Shown here piece after piece: positions 28,434-37,307 of a DNA stretch of 45,391 bases. Below the pieces are notes generated by a model. It worked only from the letters and a program-made list of their open reading frames with translations. It did no database searches and was not told where the DNA came from. Each line of letters starts with the position of its first letter. The first letter of the stretch is position 1. The position numbers were made by a program, and so were the translations under genes. Source of the DNA: Candidatus Avispirillum sp. (lineage in GTDB: Bacteria > Bacillota > Clostridia > Oscillospirales > CAG-272); NCBI GenBank assembly GCA_045641325.1, contig JAZUGU010000080.1:1-45391 (forward strand). The letters run 5' to 3'.

Positions 28434-29699
28434 TCAGAAAAGCTTTTTGATCGCATCAACGATGATGCCGCCTGCTTCGCCGGTAAATATGGATGTACCG
28501 ACTTCATAGCCGCCGTCGTTGACAGCATCGGGAGTGAATATGTATCCGGGAAGAGATCCATTTGTAAGCTCGAATACAAATGTCTGCTTATAAGGAGAAG
28601 CTTCCTTGAGTTCGAGACCGTACTCAACGAAGATCTCGCCCTGAGTTGCGCAGATAAGAGTATCACCCAGCTTCAGAGTCATAACCTCGCAGGGGAGCTC
28701 ATCATCGGATATTTTACCCTTTGCGGCGATTTCGGAATAATAGAAGGTATTTTCCTTACCGAACATTTCAAGCTCGCAGTTACGTTTCTTGATATAGTCG
28801 TCATCGGGCATTTCACGGAAAGCCTTGCGTGCCTCTTCCATTTCTCTGGTAGCAACGTCCAGCGGAGGATACTCTCTGATGGGAAGCTCTACCTCAGCGG
28901 ATTTGAAGCAGATATCAAAGTCATCCTTGAATTCCATTCTCTCAATGGTATGGAAGACCTCAACAGCAAGGGTTGAACCGACACGAGCGGATTCCTCAAA
29001 GTTCTGACCGACTCTGTGATATCTGGAGGACTGGTTACCGGATGTACCCTGTGCAAACATAAATTTAGCTTCAGGATAAGCAAAATGGAAATATCTTCTC
29101 ATATATCCGGGATAATCAGCGGTTACATAGAGGTTTTCCGCATGCAGATATGTAGGATGAAGTGCATAGTTGGTAAGGATTCCTCTGACAGTACCCTCGG
29201 TATCCTTAACGCAGATAACGTTTACGCTGTCATCCTGCAGGCCGTTTTTGAATCTTCTGTTTCCGCCGACACCCTGCTCTTTTCCGCAATGTCCGATACC
29301 GATACCGACAGTTGCTTCAAAGGTATTTGCTTTTGCTTCTCTGATACAGGCTTCAACTTTGGGAAGAAGCTCTGCAATATAAGTGGGGTCATCATGAAGT
29401 CCTTCCGCGATCTCTGATGCGAGAGGCGTTGCGGACCAGGGACCCGAATGTGTATGAGAGGTGGTGAACATAATGTTTCCGCCGATTTTCTCACGGATCT
29501 GTCTGCAGTACTTCTTACCGAAGAACAGAAGATCGAGAGTCACCATTACGATATCGTCTTTACCGTTGTTCAGGTAAAGAGCTCCGCAATAGAGAGGATC
29601 ATGGATACCGATATTCGGTCTGGGACAATGGGGATAGCCTGCCATCTGCACCCCTTCCTTGGGTGAGATGTCGACAATAGCAATTCCTGCTTTAAGCAT
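28434..29699 (-). CDS. Neutral/alkaline ceramidase-like amidohydrolase
   Basis: GIHDPL, SHTHSGP, NYALHPT, ADYPG, QGTSGN, GEIF.E.G, GGYE. Confidence 0.78.
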   Translation of the reverse strand: MLKAGIAIVDISPKEGVQMAGYPHCPRPNIGIHDPLYCGALYLNNGKDDIVMVTLDLLFFGKKYCRQIREKIGGNIMFTTSHTHSGPWSATPLASEIAEGLHDDPTYIAELLPKVEACIREAKANTFEATVGIGIGHCGKEQGVGGNRRFKNGLQDDSVNVICVKDTEGTVRGILTNYALHPTYLHAENLYVTADYPGYMRRYFHFAYPEAKFMFAQGTSGNQSSRYHRVGQNFEESARVGSTLAVEVFHTIERMEFKDDFDICFKSAEVELPIREYPPLDVATREMEEARKAFREMPDDDYIKKRNCELEMFGKENTFYYSEIAAKGKISDDELPCEVMTLKLGDTLICATQGEIFVEYGLELKEASPYKQTFVFELTNGSLPGYIFTPDAVNDGGYEVGTSIFTGEAGGIIVDAIKKLF

Positions 29700-29720
29700 T
29701 TTCTTTATACCTTCTTTGAA

Positions 29721-30803
29721 TTAAGATTTATAAACGTTGATTACATTGAAATCGGAGTCAAGAGTGACAATATCGGCGTCTTTTCCGGCTTCAACAGAGC
29801 CCTTCTTATCATAAATGCCCATAAGACGGGCGGCATTTGAACTTGTAACTTTTACCACTTCTGGCATGGTAAAGCCCAGGTTGTAGAAATTTCTTGCAAC
29901 TGCGTTCATTGTGAGCTTCGAGCCGTCAAGCTCATCGTTCACAATATTGACGTCTTCGCCCTGTCCTTCGCCGCCGCAGGCATCCGTGATGCCTATAATA
30001 CGGTCAGCGCCGGCAATCTTCTTTACAAGCTTGACCATCTCGGGACGGACGTGGACACCGTTTTTATCGCAGATAATCTCATAGGTGAGATCATCCTCCA
30101 GAAGAACGGCAGAATTGAAATCCGTTTCAATAGTGCCCATCCAGCGAGTCGGCATAATGGAAGCGCCGGTAGCGTCAAAAAGGTGCGTTACGTTTTTAAC
30201 GCCTGCCGCAGATACTCTTCTTATATCCTCGGGAGATGCTGCGCTGTGACCGACAGCGGGCACTATACCTCGGCTTACAAGATCACGAAGGAACTGATCG
30301 GTGCCCTTGACCTCGGGAGCAAACGTTACGTGTCGAACAACAGGGTTATCTATCAGTGGCAGATAATCCGAGGGCTTTGCATCGAGTCCGACTCCGGTGC
30401 TGAATGCACCGTAATTAGGATTGAGATACGGACCTTCAAGATGAACACCCATAACGTTGGGGCATTCGGGCATCAGAGATGCGATCCTCTCAATGGCCGT
30501 GCGCAGAAACTCCAGCCCCAGATCGCGGTAGAGCGTTGCGCACATGGATGTGGTACCGTGCTTCAGATGAAATTCCGAAGCTTCTTTCAAATCCTCGTAA
30601 ACCCATTTAATACCGCCGGCATGGCAATGTATGTCGATGAATCCGGGCAGGATCCAGCCGTCAACGGTGATCTTATCGCCGCACTCGGGAGCCGATGATT
30701 TTTCCCCGGCGTAGATTATGCGACTGTCACGTACCGCAACAGCCGCATTTTCCACTACCTCGCCGGCAATTACGGACCTGCCGAACAAAGTAAATTCAGT
30801 CAT
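29721..30803 (-). CDS. N-acetylglucosamine-6-phosphate deacetylase-like amidohydrolase (NagA family)
   Basis: PGFIDIHCH, GVHLEGPY, APE, GHS, THLF, ITD, GKDADI. Confidence 0.88.
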   Translation of the reverse strand: MTEFTLFGRSVIAGEVVENAAVAVRDSRIIYAGEKSSAPECGDKITVDGWILPGFIDIHCHAGGIKWVYEDLKEASEFHLKHGTTSMCATLYRDLGLEFLRTAIERIASLMPECPNVMGVHLEGPYLNPNYGAFSTGVGLDAKPSDYLPLIDNPVVRHVTFAPEVKGTDQFLRDLVSRGIVPAVGHSAASPEDIRRVSAAGVKNVTHLFDATGASIMPTRWMGTIETDFNSAVLLEDDLTYEIICDKNGVHVRPEMVKLVKKIAGADRIIGITDACGGEGQGEDVNIVNDELDGSKLTMNAVARNFYNLGFTMPEVVKVTSSNAARLMGIYDKKGSVEAGKDADIVTLDSDFNVINVYKS

Positions 30804-30804
30804 A

Positions 30805-31737
30805 TTAATATCCTACAGTCTCCCAGCAATCAAAGGGCTTTGCGATCTCTTCCGACATATAAACGTCGGTGTCCCAGAGCTGAAGCATGGAAGAAGGAAC
30901 CAGAGGAGTTACTTCACCGTAGCAAACAAGACGGGAGATCATTCTCTGCCATGCGGAGAAAGTACCCATAGTCGTGATGGCGTGCATCTCAAAACGGTTT
31001 CTTGAGTTCTTAGCATCAACAGGGCCGATAGTTGCAGCCTTGGGAGGTACGTTGGCAATATCTCCGGAGCAGCCGAAGCAGCCATGGAGAGAGTTCTGCA
31101 TGATGGTCATGGGATTAAGAGTAATGACTCTTGCTTCCATGTTTATGTACTCTTCAATGGGAGGACAGCCGAACTCGGGGGTGCAGGGATCGATAAATGC
31201 CAGGTGACCTGCCCAGCCGGGACCGGAATAGCATATATCGGCACCGCCTTCACCGCAGTCGGCGATCATCTTAGAATAATCATTGATGTTTTCGTTGGTG
31301 GGATAATGTACCTGGGAGAGAGGCATACGAAGGTCCTCTCTGATTTTGCCCCAGAAATACTTAACGTTGCTGTGAGCAAATCCTGCGGCATAATCAAGAG
31401 GAGCGATATTGCCGTCCTGATCAGCCCATTCATCCATGCAGAAAATATGCACGTTGCGGCAATTGATATTAAGCCGGTTAATGGACTCGGCAACAGCCAT
31501 ATATTCAACTGGACAGGGGTTAGGAAGGATCATGGTGAGTTTCTCGTTCATCATATCCGATTTTGCGATTCTTGCAACCATATCACCTATCCAGATGCCG
31601 TCTACATTGGGAACGATGTGAATACGGAAATTGGGATTGGGGTGCTTCTCCATATCCTCGCGCTTGATGTTTCTGCACTTTTCGAGGATTTCCTTATTTT
31701 TGTAAGGGACGAAGGGAGCGGGATCGAAAGTGAACAT
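30805..31737 (-). CDS. Divergent glucosamine-6-phosphate deaminase/isomerase (NagB-like)
   Basis: FCMDEW, GPGWAGHLAF, P..AATIG, VTPLVPSS.LQ. Confidence 0.72.
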   Translation of the reverse strand: MFTFDPAPFVPYKNKEILEKCRNIKREDMEKHPNPNFRIHIVPNVDGIWIGDMVARIAKSDMMNEKLTMILPNPCPVEYMAVAESINRLNINCRNVHIFCMDEWADQDGNIAPLDYAAGFAHSNVKYFWGKIREDLRMPLSQVHYPTNENINDYSKMIADCGEGGADICYSGPGWAGHLAFIDPCTPEFGCPPIEEYINMEARVITLNPMTIMQNSLHGCFGCSGDIANVPPKAATIGPVDAKNSRNRFEMHAITTMGTFSAWQRMISRLVCYGEVTPLVPSSMLQLWDTDVYMSEEIAKPFDCWETVGY

Positions 31738-31762
31738 GTTTATATCTCCTTAAATAAATTAT

Positions 31763-33055
31763 TTACGATTCAAAAATCTTTTTAGTGCCGGCCGCCGGGA
31801 TCTTTCCGCATGAAGCAAGGATGGCTGCGCCGAGAGAACCGGTTTCACAGGTATCGAGAATTTCAACTGGAATGCCGGAAACTCTGGCAAGTATCTTACA
31901 CCAGATATCGCTTTTGGAACCGCCGCCGAAAACTTTAAGACTTTCGGCTCCTCCGAGCGATTTAACAGCATCACTAATATCTTTGGAAACGCCCTCATAG
32001 AGAGCATAAATGATATCGGCCTGAGTAGTTGAAAGCGTTATTCCGGAAATCGTACCGCCGGAATGAAGACTGCAATCAAAGGTAACGCCGTTCGCTCCGG
32101 GCTCTGATTCTTCGGCCAGCGCATCCATTTCCTTATAGGTTTTTCCACCGTAAAGGTTTTTCGAAAGCCAGCGAAGAGCCGCACCGGTAGTCATAAGCGC
32201 GGTTTCCGAAATATACTTATCGTCATTAAAGCGGAAAAGGCAGGAACCGCCGACAGCACCTTCGGTGAATTTCGAAATTGCGGTCGCTGTACCAAATGAA
32301 ACCGTGCACACACCATCCTTGATGCCTGCACCTATTGCAGCGAGTTTCTGGTCCTGACCGCCGAGGTACACTTTACATCCGGGGTCAATTCCGCATCTGT
32401 TGGCGACTTTAGGTAAAATTTCTCCTACTTCATCGCCCATACAACCAACATCGGGTAATTTTGAAACATCGAAATGAGCGAAATCAAGCAGTTCACGGTC
32501 CCAGCACTTATTGTGTATATCGTAAAGCATAGAGCCGCCTGCGACCGTGTAGTCGGTCAGGGGTTTGCCGCACAGACGCATATTGATGAAATCAAGCGGG
32601 AAAAGGAACTTGTATGCTTTGTCATATATTTCCCTGCAGTTGTCATAAAACCAGCAGAGCTTGGGGAGAGAATAATCGGGTATGCAGGGTTTGCCGGTAA
32701 TACCGAATATTTTCTGTTCTCCGAAAGTATCACGAAGCTTTTCGGCATAGCTCTCGGCGCGCATATCAAGCCAGCTTATGGCATTGTACAGTGTTTTTCC
32801 TTCCTCATCAACGGGAACAAAAGAAATGCTCTGCGTGCTTACGGAGATACCTTTTACTGCCGAAATACCGGTTTCCGAAACAACGTGCCGAAGTCCGTCA
32901 CAAATGAGGAACCACCATTCATTGGCGTCCTGCTCAACATACGAACCCTTGAAAATAAGCTCATATTCTCTGTTATATTCACACAGTACTTTTCCGTCTG
33001 CATCGAACATCACCGTTTTGCATCCGGTAGTGCCGAGATCTATTCCGATGTACAT
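31763..33055 (-). CDS. FGGY-family carbohydrate kinase
   Basis: IGIDLGTTGCK, EQD..EWW, AISWLD.R, GGQDQ, SFGT, GGGSKS. Confidence 0.9.
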   Translation of the reverse strand: MYIGIDLGTTGCKTVMFDADGKVLCEYNREYELIFKGSYVEQDANEWWFLICDGLRHVVSETGISAVKGISVSTQSISFVPVDEEGKTLYNAISWLDMRAESYAEKLRDTFGEQKIFGITGKPCIPDYSLPKLCWFYDNCREIYDKAYKFLFPLDFINMRLCGKPLTDYTVAGGSMLYDIHNKCWDRELLDFAHFDVSKLPDVGCMGDEVGEILPKVANRCGIDPGCKVYLGGQDQKLAAIGAGIKDGVCTVSFGTATAISKFTEGAVGGSCLFRFNDDKYISETALMTTGAALRWLSKNLYGGKTYKEMDALAEESEPGANGVTFDCSLHSGGTISGITLSTTQADIIYALYEGVSKDISDAVKSLGGAESLKVFGGGSKSDIWCKILARVSGIPVEILDTCETGSLGAAILASCGKIPAAGTKKIFES

Positions 33056-33133
33056 GAAAAATTACCTTCCTCGAATTTCTCTAACAATTATAGATAATAT
33101 GTCATTATTTGTCAATAATTACAGAGCTTTTTT

Positions 33134-34177
33134 TCATATCATTTGCGGGTGTATTTTTGAAAAATATGCAGGATCGTCAATACCGGCTGCAAGCGTGTAA
33201 ATTCTATCCGAAAATTCAGACAGATTATATTGAGTCAGAGCCGCACCAGACAATGAATATCGGTCGGAAGCATTAGTAATTACGGGCAATTCACACTTAT
33301 TTCTGATCAAAGACAGATATTGTCTTCCCTTTTCATCTGCCGCAAGAAGACGTGTAAATGCAGCGTCTGCTCTGATATCCTTCAAATCCGTGTTGCAGAG
33401 ATAATAGAGCGCCGCTCTTCTCAGTCTCGAATTAGTATATCTTTTTGTAGCCGCAAGCTCATAGAGCTTTTCGGGGTCATTTGTTTTCTGCGCTGAGTTA
33501 TACAGTCTTCCGCCGACGCCGCCTGCGGATTCTGCGGTTTCGGGCGAGCGGTTATCCGATCTGAGCTTAAGGAATTCAAGTCTTGTCAGTTCGTCCGGAG
33601 ATACGGCGTTCTCATCATTTTCATAAAGCCGCGATCTGATTTCGGAGGCGCTTTCCGTATCGATCCTTTTGACGGCGTGCAGATTCACGGATGCTCTGCG
33701 GCAATATTCAACAGCGAGAATATCATTGGGTGACGAAAGAATGCTTTCGGGAACGTCCGGATATGCTTTTTTTATTATTTCAGCTCTTGCGTCTGCGGCA
33801 CGGCTGTTCTTAGTGAAAGGCTGAGAGTCAAGGACTGCCGCTGCTATTTTCAGTGCATCTGCATCTCCGCATTCACTTCCGAACCATAGATCCGTTGCAT
33901 ACAGATTTTCCGCTATTCTCACGCCGGCTTTTGCAAAATATTCTGCCGAAGAGGAAGAAAAAGGAAAAGGGATTTCAACGCATACATTTGCGCCGCCCGA
34001 CACGGCACTTACGGCTCGTCTGTATTTATCGTATACCGCACACTCACCGCGCTGGACGAAATTACCGCTCATAACGGCGATTACAATGTCGCTGTCGGTG
34101 GCGGCTTTTTCAAAAATGAAGCGGTGTCCGGCGTGAAATGGGTTAAGCTCACATATAACGGCTGAAATTTTCATCAT
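33134..34177 (-). CDS. tmcAL: tRNA(Met) cytidine acetate ligase (YlbM family)
   Basis: ELNPFHAGH, MSGNFVQRGE, SAEYFA, FGSE, PNDILAVEY, SASEIR. Confidence 0.88.
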   Translation of the reverse strand: MMKISAVICELNPFHAGHRFIFEKAATDSDIVIAVMSGNFVQRGECAVYDKYRRAVSAVSGGANVCVEIPFPFSSSSAEYFAKAGVRIAENLYATDLWFGSECGDADALKIAAAVLDSQPFTKNSRAADARAEIIKKAYPDVPESILSSPNDILAVEYCRRASVNLHAVKRIDTESASEIRSRLYENDENAVSPDELTRLEFLKLRSDNRSPETAESAGGVGGRLYNSAQKTNDPEKLYELAATKRYTNSRLRRAALYYLCNTDLKDIRADAAFTRLLAADEKGRQYLSLIRNKCELPVITNASDRYSLSGAALTQYNLSEFSDRIYTLAAGIDDPAYFSKIHPQMI

Positions 34178-34309
34178 TTGGAAACAAATCCTCAAAAACT
34201 ATTGAAATCCGAGAAAATATTATGTATAATGAACTGTCTCGTGTCATTATTATTTTATAACACGTTACTATAATTGTCAAATATTTTTTATATACTGAAA
34301 GGGATAAAA

Positions 34310-35512
34310 ATGAAAGTACTTGTAGTAAACGCAGGCAGCTCTTCGCTGAAATATCAGCTTTTTGATACTGCCGCAAACACCGTTCTCGCAAAAGGTATCT
34401 GTGAGAGAATAAAGATCGACGGCCGCATCGAGCACAAGCTTCCCGACGGCACAAAGATCAAAAAGGACATTCCCATGCCCGATCACGCAGTTGCAACTCA
34501 GATAGTTATCGACTACCTGACCGATCCCGAATTCGGATGCATCAAGGATATGAGCGAGATCGAAGCCGTAGGACACAGAGTTGTCCATGGCGGTACTTAC
34601 TTCACCAAGTCCACACTCGTTACCGATGAAGTTGTTGAAAAGCTCCGCAAGTGCGTTGACTTTGCTCCTCTTCACACCCTTGCTCACATCATGGGTATCG
34701 AGGGCTGCACGAAAGCAATGCCCGGCGTTCCCCAGGTAATTGTTATTGACACCGCATTCCATCAGACCATGCCTCCTCAGGCTTATACCTATGCTATTCC
34801 CTACGAAATGGCAAAGGAATATGAGATCCGTCGCTACGGTGCACACGGTACTTCCCACAGATTCGTTTCTCAGGAAATGTGCAAGATCCTCGGCAAGACC
34901 GAAGGAACAAAGGTAGTTACCTGCCATATCGGTAACGGCTCATCCATTTCCGCTGTTAAAGACGGTAAGTGTATTGACACCTCCATGGGTATGACTCCTC
35001 TTGCAGGCGTTATGATGGGAACACGCTGCGGCGATATTGACCCTGCTGTTGTTACCTATATCATGAAAAAGACCGGAAAGACCCCCGACGAGATGAGCTC
35101 ATTCATGAACAATGAGTGCGGTTTCCTCGGCGTTTCCGGAATTTCTTCCGACAGCCGCGATATCGAAGCTGCTATTCTTAAGGACGATGAGAGAGCTTAT
35201 CTCACCGCTACCACCCTTGCATATCAGGTCAAAAAATATATCGGCTCTTACGCAGCTGCAATGAACGGTCTTGATGCAGTTGTATTTACGGCAGGCATGG
35301 GTGAGAACAACCCCGAGCTCAGAGAGAGAGCCTGCACGGATATGGAGTACCTCGGCATAAAGATCAACAAGGATGTCAATGCAGCAGCACATCATCAGCC
35401 CAACATCGTTGAGCTCTCAACTCCCGATTCAAAGGTAAAGGTTTACCTTATCCCCACGAATGAAGAGCTTATGATAGCAAGAGATACTGAAGATATCGTT
35501 GCAAATCTCTGA
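34310..35512 (+). CDS. ackA: Acetate kinase
   Basis: VNAGSSSLKYQL, GHRVVHGG, DTAFH, HIGNGSS, MGTRCGD, TNEEL. Confidence 0.97.
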   Translation: MKVLVVNAGSSSLKYQLFDTAANTVLAKGICERIKIDGRIEHKLPDGTKIKKDIPMPDHAVATQIVIDYLTDPEFGCIKDMSEIEAVGHRVVHGGTYFTKSTLVTDEVVEKLRKCVDFAPLHTLAHIMGIEGCTKAMPGVPQVIVIDTAFHQTMPPQAYTYAIPYEMAKEYEIRRYGAHGTSHRFVSQEMCKILGKTEGTKVVTCHIGNGSSISAVKDGKCIDTSMGMTPLAGVMMGTRCGDIDPAVVTYIMKKTGKTPDEMSSFMNNECGFLGVSGISSDSRDIEAAILKDDERAYLTATTLAYQVKKYIGSYAAAMNGLDAVVFTAGMGENNPELRERACTDMEYLGIKINKDVNAAAHHQPNIVELSTPDSKVKVYLIPTNEELMIARDTEDIVANL

Positions 35513-35523
35513 TATAAACGTTG

Positions 35524-35800
35524 AAAGTGCCGCACGTTAGGAGCCCTCACATAGGGAGAGAGGCGCCGCTGATTGTTCGTTCTGAATACCGTCGGCGTAA
35601 CAGCCTAAAGGCTGAGGTACGGCAGGTGTTCAGAACGAACAAAGGAAACATATAATTAAATGACCGCAACTTTCGTTTCGGTCATTTTTTCATTAGATAT
35701 TCGGAAATTTTCCCACCGTTCTTGGTTTATTAGTCTTTTTTCTCTTTCCGGTCGGCGGTGAAAAAATCCCTATGTGTGCGCTCCGTTTGTGCGGCACTTT
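35524..35800 (+). repeat. Structured interspersed non-coding element, copy 2 (core 35540-35784)
   Basis: Nested stems: AAAGTGCCGCAC/GTGCGGCACTTT, GGAGC/GCTCC, CACATAGGGA/TCCCTATGTG, CGCCGCTGA/TCGGCGGTG, 18-bp TTGTTCGTTCTGAATACC/GGTGTTCAGAACGAACAA, AAATGACCG/CGGTCATTT. Confidence 0.92.
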
Positions 35801-35816
35801 TTTGTTTAAAACGAGG

Positions 35817-35845
35817 TTGACAAAATGTTGTTTAAGTTATATAAT
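35817..35845 (+). promoter_or_regulatory. Consensus sigma-A promoter of the glycan-precursor operon
   Basis: TTGACA-17 nt-TATAAT. Confidence 0.85.
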
Positions 35846-35877
35846 AGGATAGATTATAATGTGTTGAGGACAAGACT

Positions 35878-36564
35878 ATGAGTGTTGCTCTTGAAGGTAT
35901 TGCACCTGAGGATGTTCTTTCTCTTGAAAAAATCGAATATAAAAAGCCAGCCTCCGCATATTTGTTTTTCAAGCGTTTCTTTGATCTGCTATTCGCAATA
36001 ATTGCCGTTATCATACTATCCCCGCTGATGCTCATCGTTGCAATTGCAATAAAGCTCGAGGACGGAGGCCCGGTTATACATAACAGAATGTGTGTCAAAG
36101 CTGACGGTTCACTTTATAAAATGCACAAGTTCCGCAGTATGAAGACCGATGCGGATTCTCTTGAAAAATGGCTTTCCCCTGACGAGATCAAACAGTTTTA
36201 TGCAGAGGCGAAAATCGAAAACGATCCCCGTATTACAAGATGCGGTAAAATCATAAGAAAGCTCAGTATTGATGAATTGCCCCAGCTGTTCTGCATTATT
36301 GAGGGCACGATGAGCTTTGTAGGTCCCCGTCCCATAACGCCGCAGGAAACCATTCATTACGGGGACAAGCTCTCAATGGTACTTGAGGCAACTCCCGGTC
36401 TTACCGGCAACTGGCAGGTAAACGGAAGAAGCGATTGCTCCTATAAGAGCCGTAAAAGGCAGGGGCTTGAGCTCTACTATGTAGCAAACAGATGTCTTTC
36501 ACTTGACATAAAGATTTTCTTTAAAACCTTCAAGGTCGTTCTATCGGGAGAAGGTGCCAGATAA
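35878..36564 (+). CDS. Initiating sugar (phospho)transferase, bacterial sugar transferase family
   Basis: KRFFD + TM, KFRSM, DPRIT, SIDELPQL, MSFVGPRP, PGLTG.WQV.GRS. Confidence 0.92.
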   Translation: MSVALEGIAPEDVLSLEKIEYKKPASAYLFFKRFFDLLFAIIAVIILSPLMLIVAIAIKLEDGGPVIHNRMCVKADGSLYKMHKFRSMKTDADSLEKWLSPDEIKQFYAEAKIENDPRITRCGKIIRKLSIDELPQLFCIIEGTMSFVGPRPITPQETIHYGDKLSMVLEATPGLTGNWQVNGRSDCSYKSRKRQGLELYYVANRCLSLDIKIFFKTFKVVLSGEGAR

Positions 36565-37307
36565 TGAAAGCATTTCTTCTTGCAGCTGGCTTCGGCACTC
36601 GTCTTCGTCCGCTGACAGATACGGTTCCCAAATGCCTCGTGCCCATATGCGGCGAACCTCTGCTGTCCCATTGGCTGAAGCTTCTCGAATTTCACGGAAT
36701 TACAGACGTTTATATAAACACACATTATCTTGCCGAAAAGGTCAGCGAGTTCATAATTGAACACAACAGAAACTCCTCCGGCATCAAAGCCCATGAACTT
36801 TATGAAAAAGAACTGCTCGGAAGCGGCGGTACCGTTAAAGCAGGCAGAGAAATCGTCGGTGATGATGATTTTCTCATATGTTATGCTGACAATCTGACAA
36901 ATATTGATCTTACGGAGCTCATAAATAAGCACAAGGAACTGAACCCCGTCCTGACAATGGCACTTTTCCGCACCAACAAACCTAAAATGTGCGGTATTGC
37001 AACTCTTGATAACGAAATTATCACAGAGTTCACCGAAAAACCGGAAAACCCCAAATCCGACCTCGCCAACGCAGGCATATATGTCGCGTCCAAGGAAATT
37101 TTCGAATATATGCCGGATGCCGAGGTAATTGACTTCGGTCACGATGTACTTCCCCGCCTATGCGGTAAAATGGCGGGAATTGAAACACATTCTTATCTGA
37201 TCGACATAGGAACACCTGATAATTATAAACTTGCACAGGAGCAGTGGAAAGATCATGATTATTTCAAGAACACCTCTCCGGATCAGTTTTGCGGGCGGCG
37301 GAACTGA
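36564..37307 (+). CDS. Sugar-1-phosphate nucleotidyltransferase, HddC-like
   Basis: LAAGFGTRLRPLT..PK, ANAGIY, DIGTP; context of hddA/gmhA/gmhB. Confidence 0.85.
   Translation: MKAFLLAAGFGTRLRPLTDTVPKCLVPICGEPLLSHWLKLLEFHGITDVYINTHYLAEKVSEFIIEHNRNSSGIKAHELYEKELLGSGGTVKAGREIVGDDDFLICYADNLTNIDLTELINKHKELNPVLTMALFRTNKPKMCGIATLDNEIITEFTEKPENPKSDLANAGIYVASKEIFEYMPDAEVIDFGHDVLPRLCGKMAGIETHSYLIDIGTPDNYKLAQEQWKDHDYFKNTSPDQFCGRRN

Noticed and set aside
30051-33200. Long + strand ORFs (30051-30698, 31084-31785, 32474-33097)
   Set aside because: Antisense shadows of well-supported minus-strand enzymes.
33134-35512. Divergent tmcAL-ackA as a novel acetate link
   Set aside because: To my knowledge a common neighbourhood in clostridia; nothing unusual in the sequence.
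35540-35784. Element as hammerhead ribozyme (CTGA...GAAA), group I intron (AAGATATA) or group II intron
   Set aside because: CTGA is base-paired with TC(A/G)G and is not followed by NGA; no P7/GATATAGTC context; no domain V or GUGYG start.
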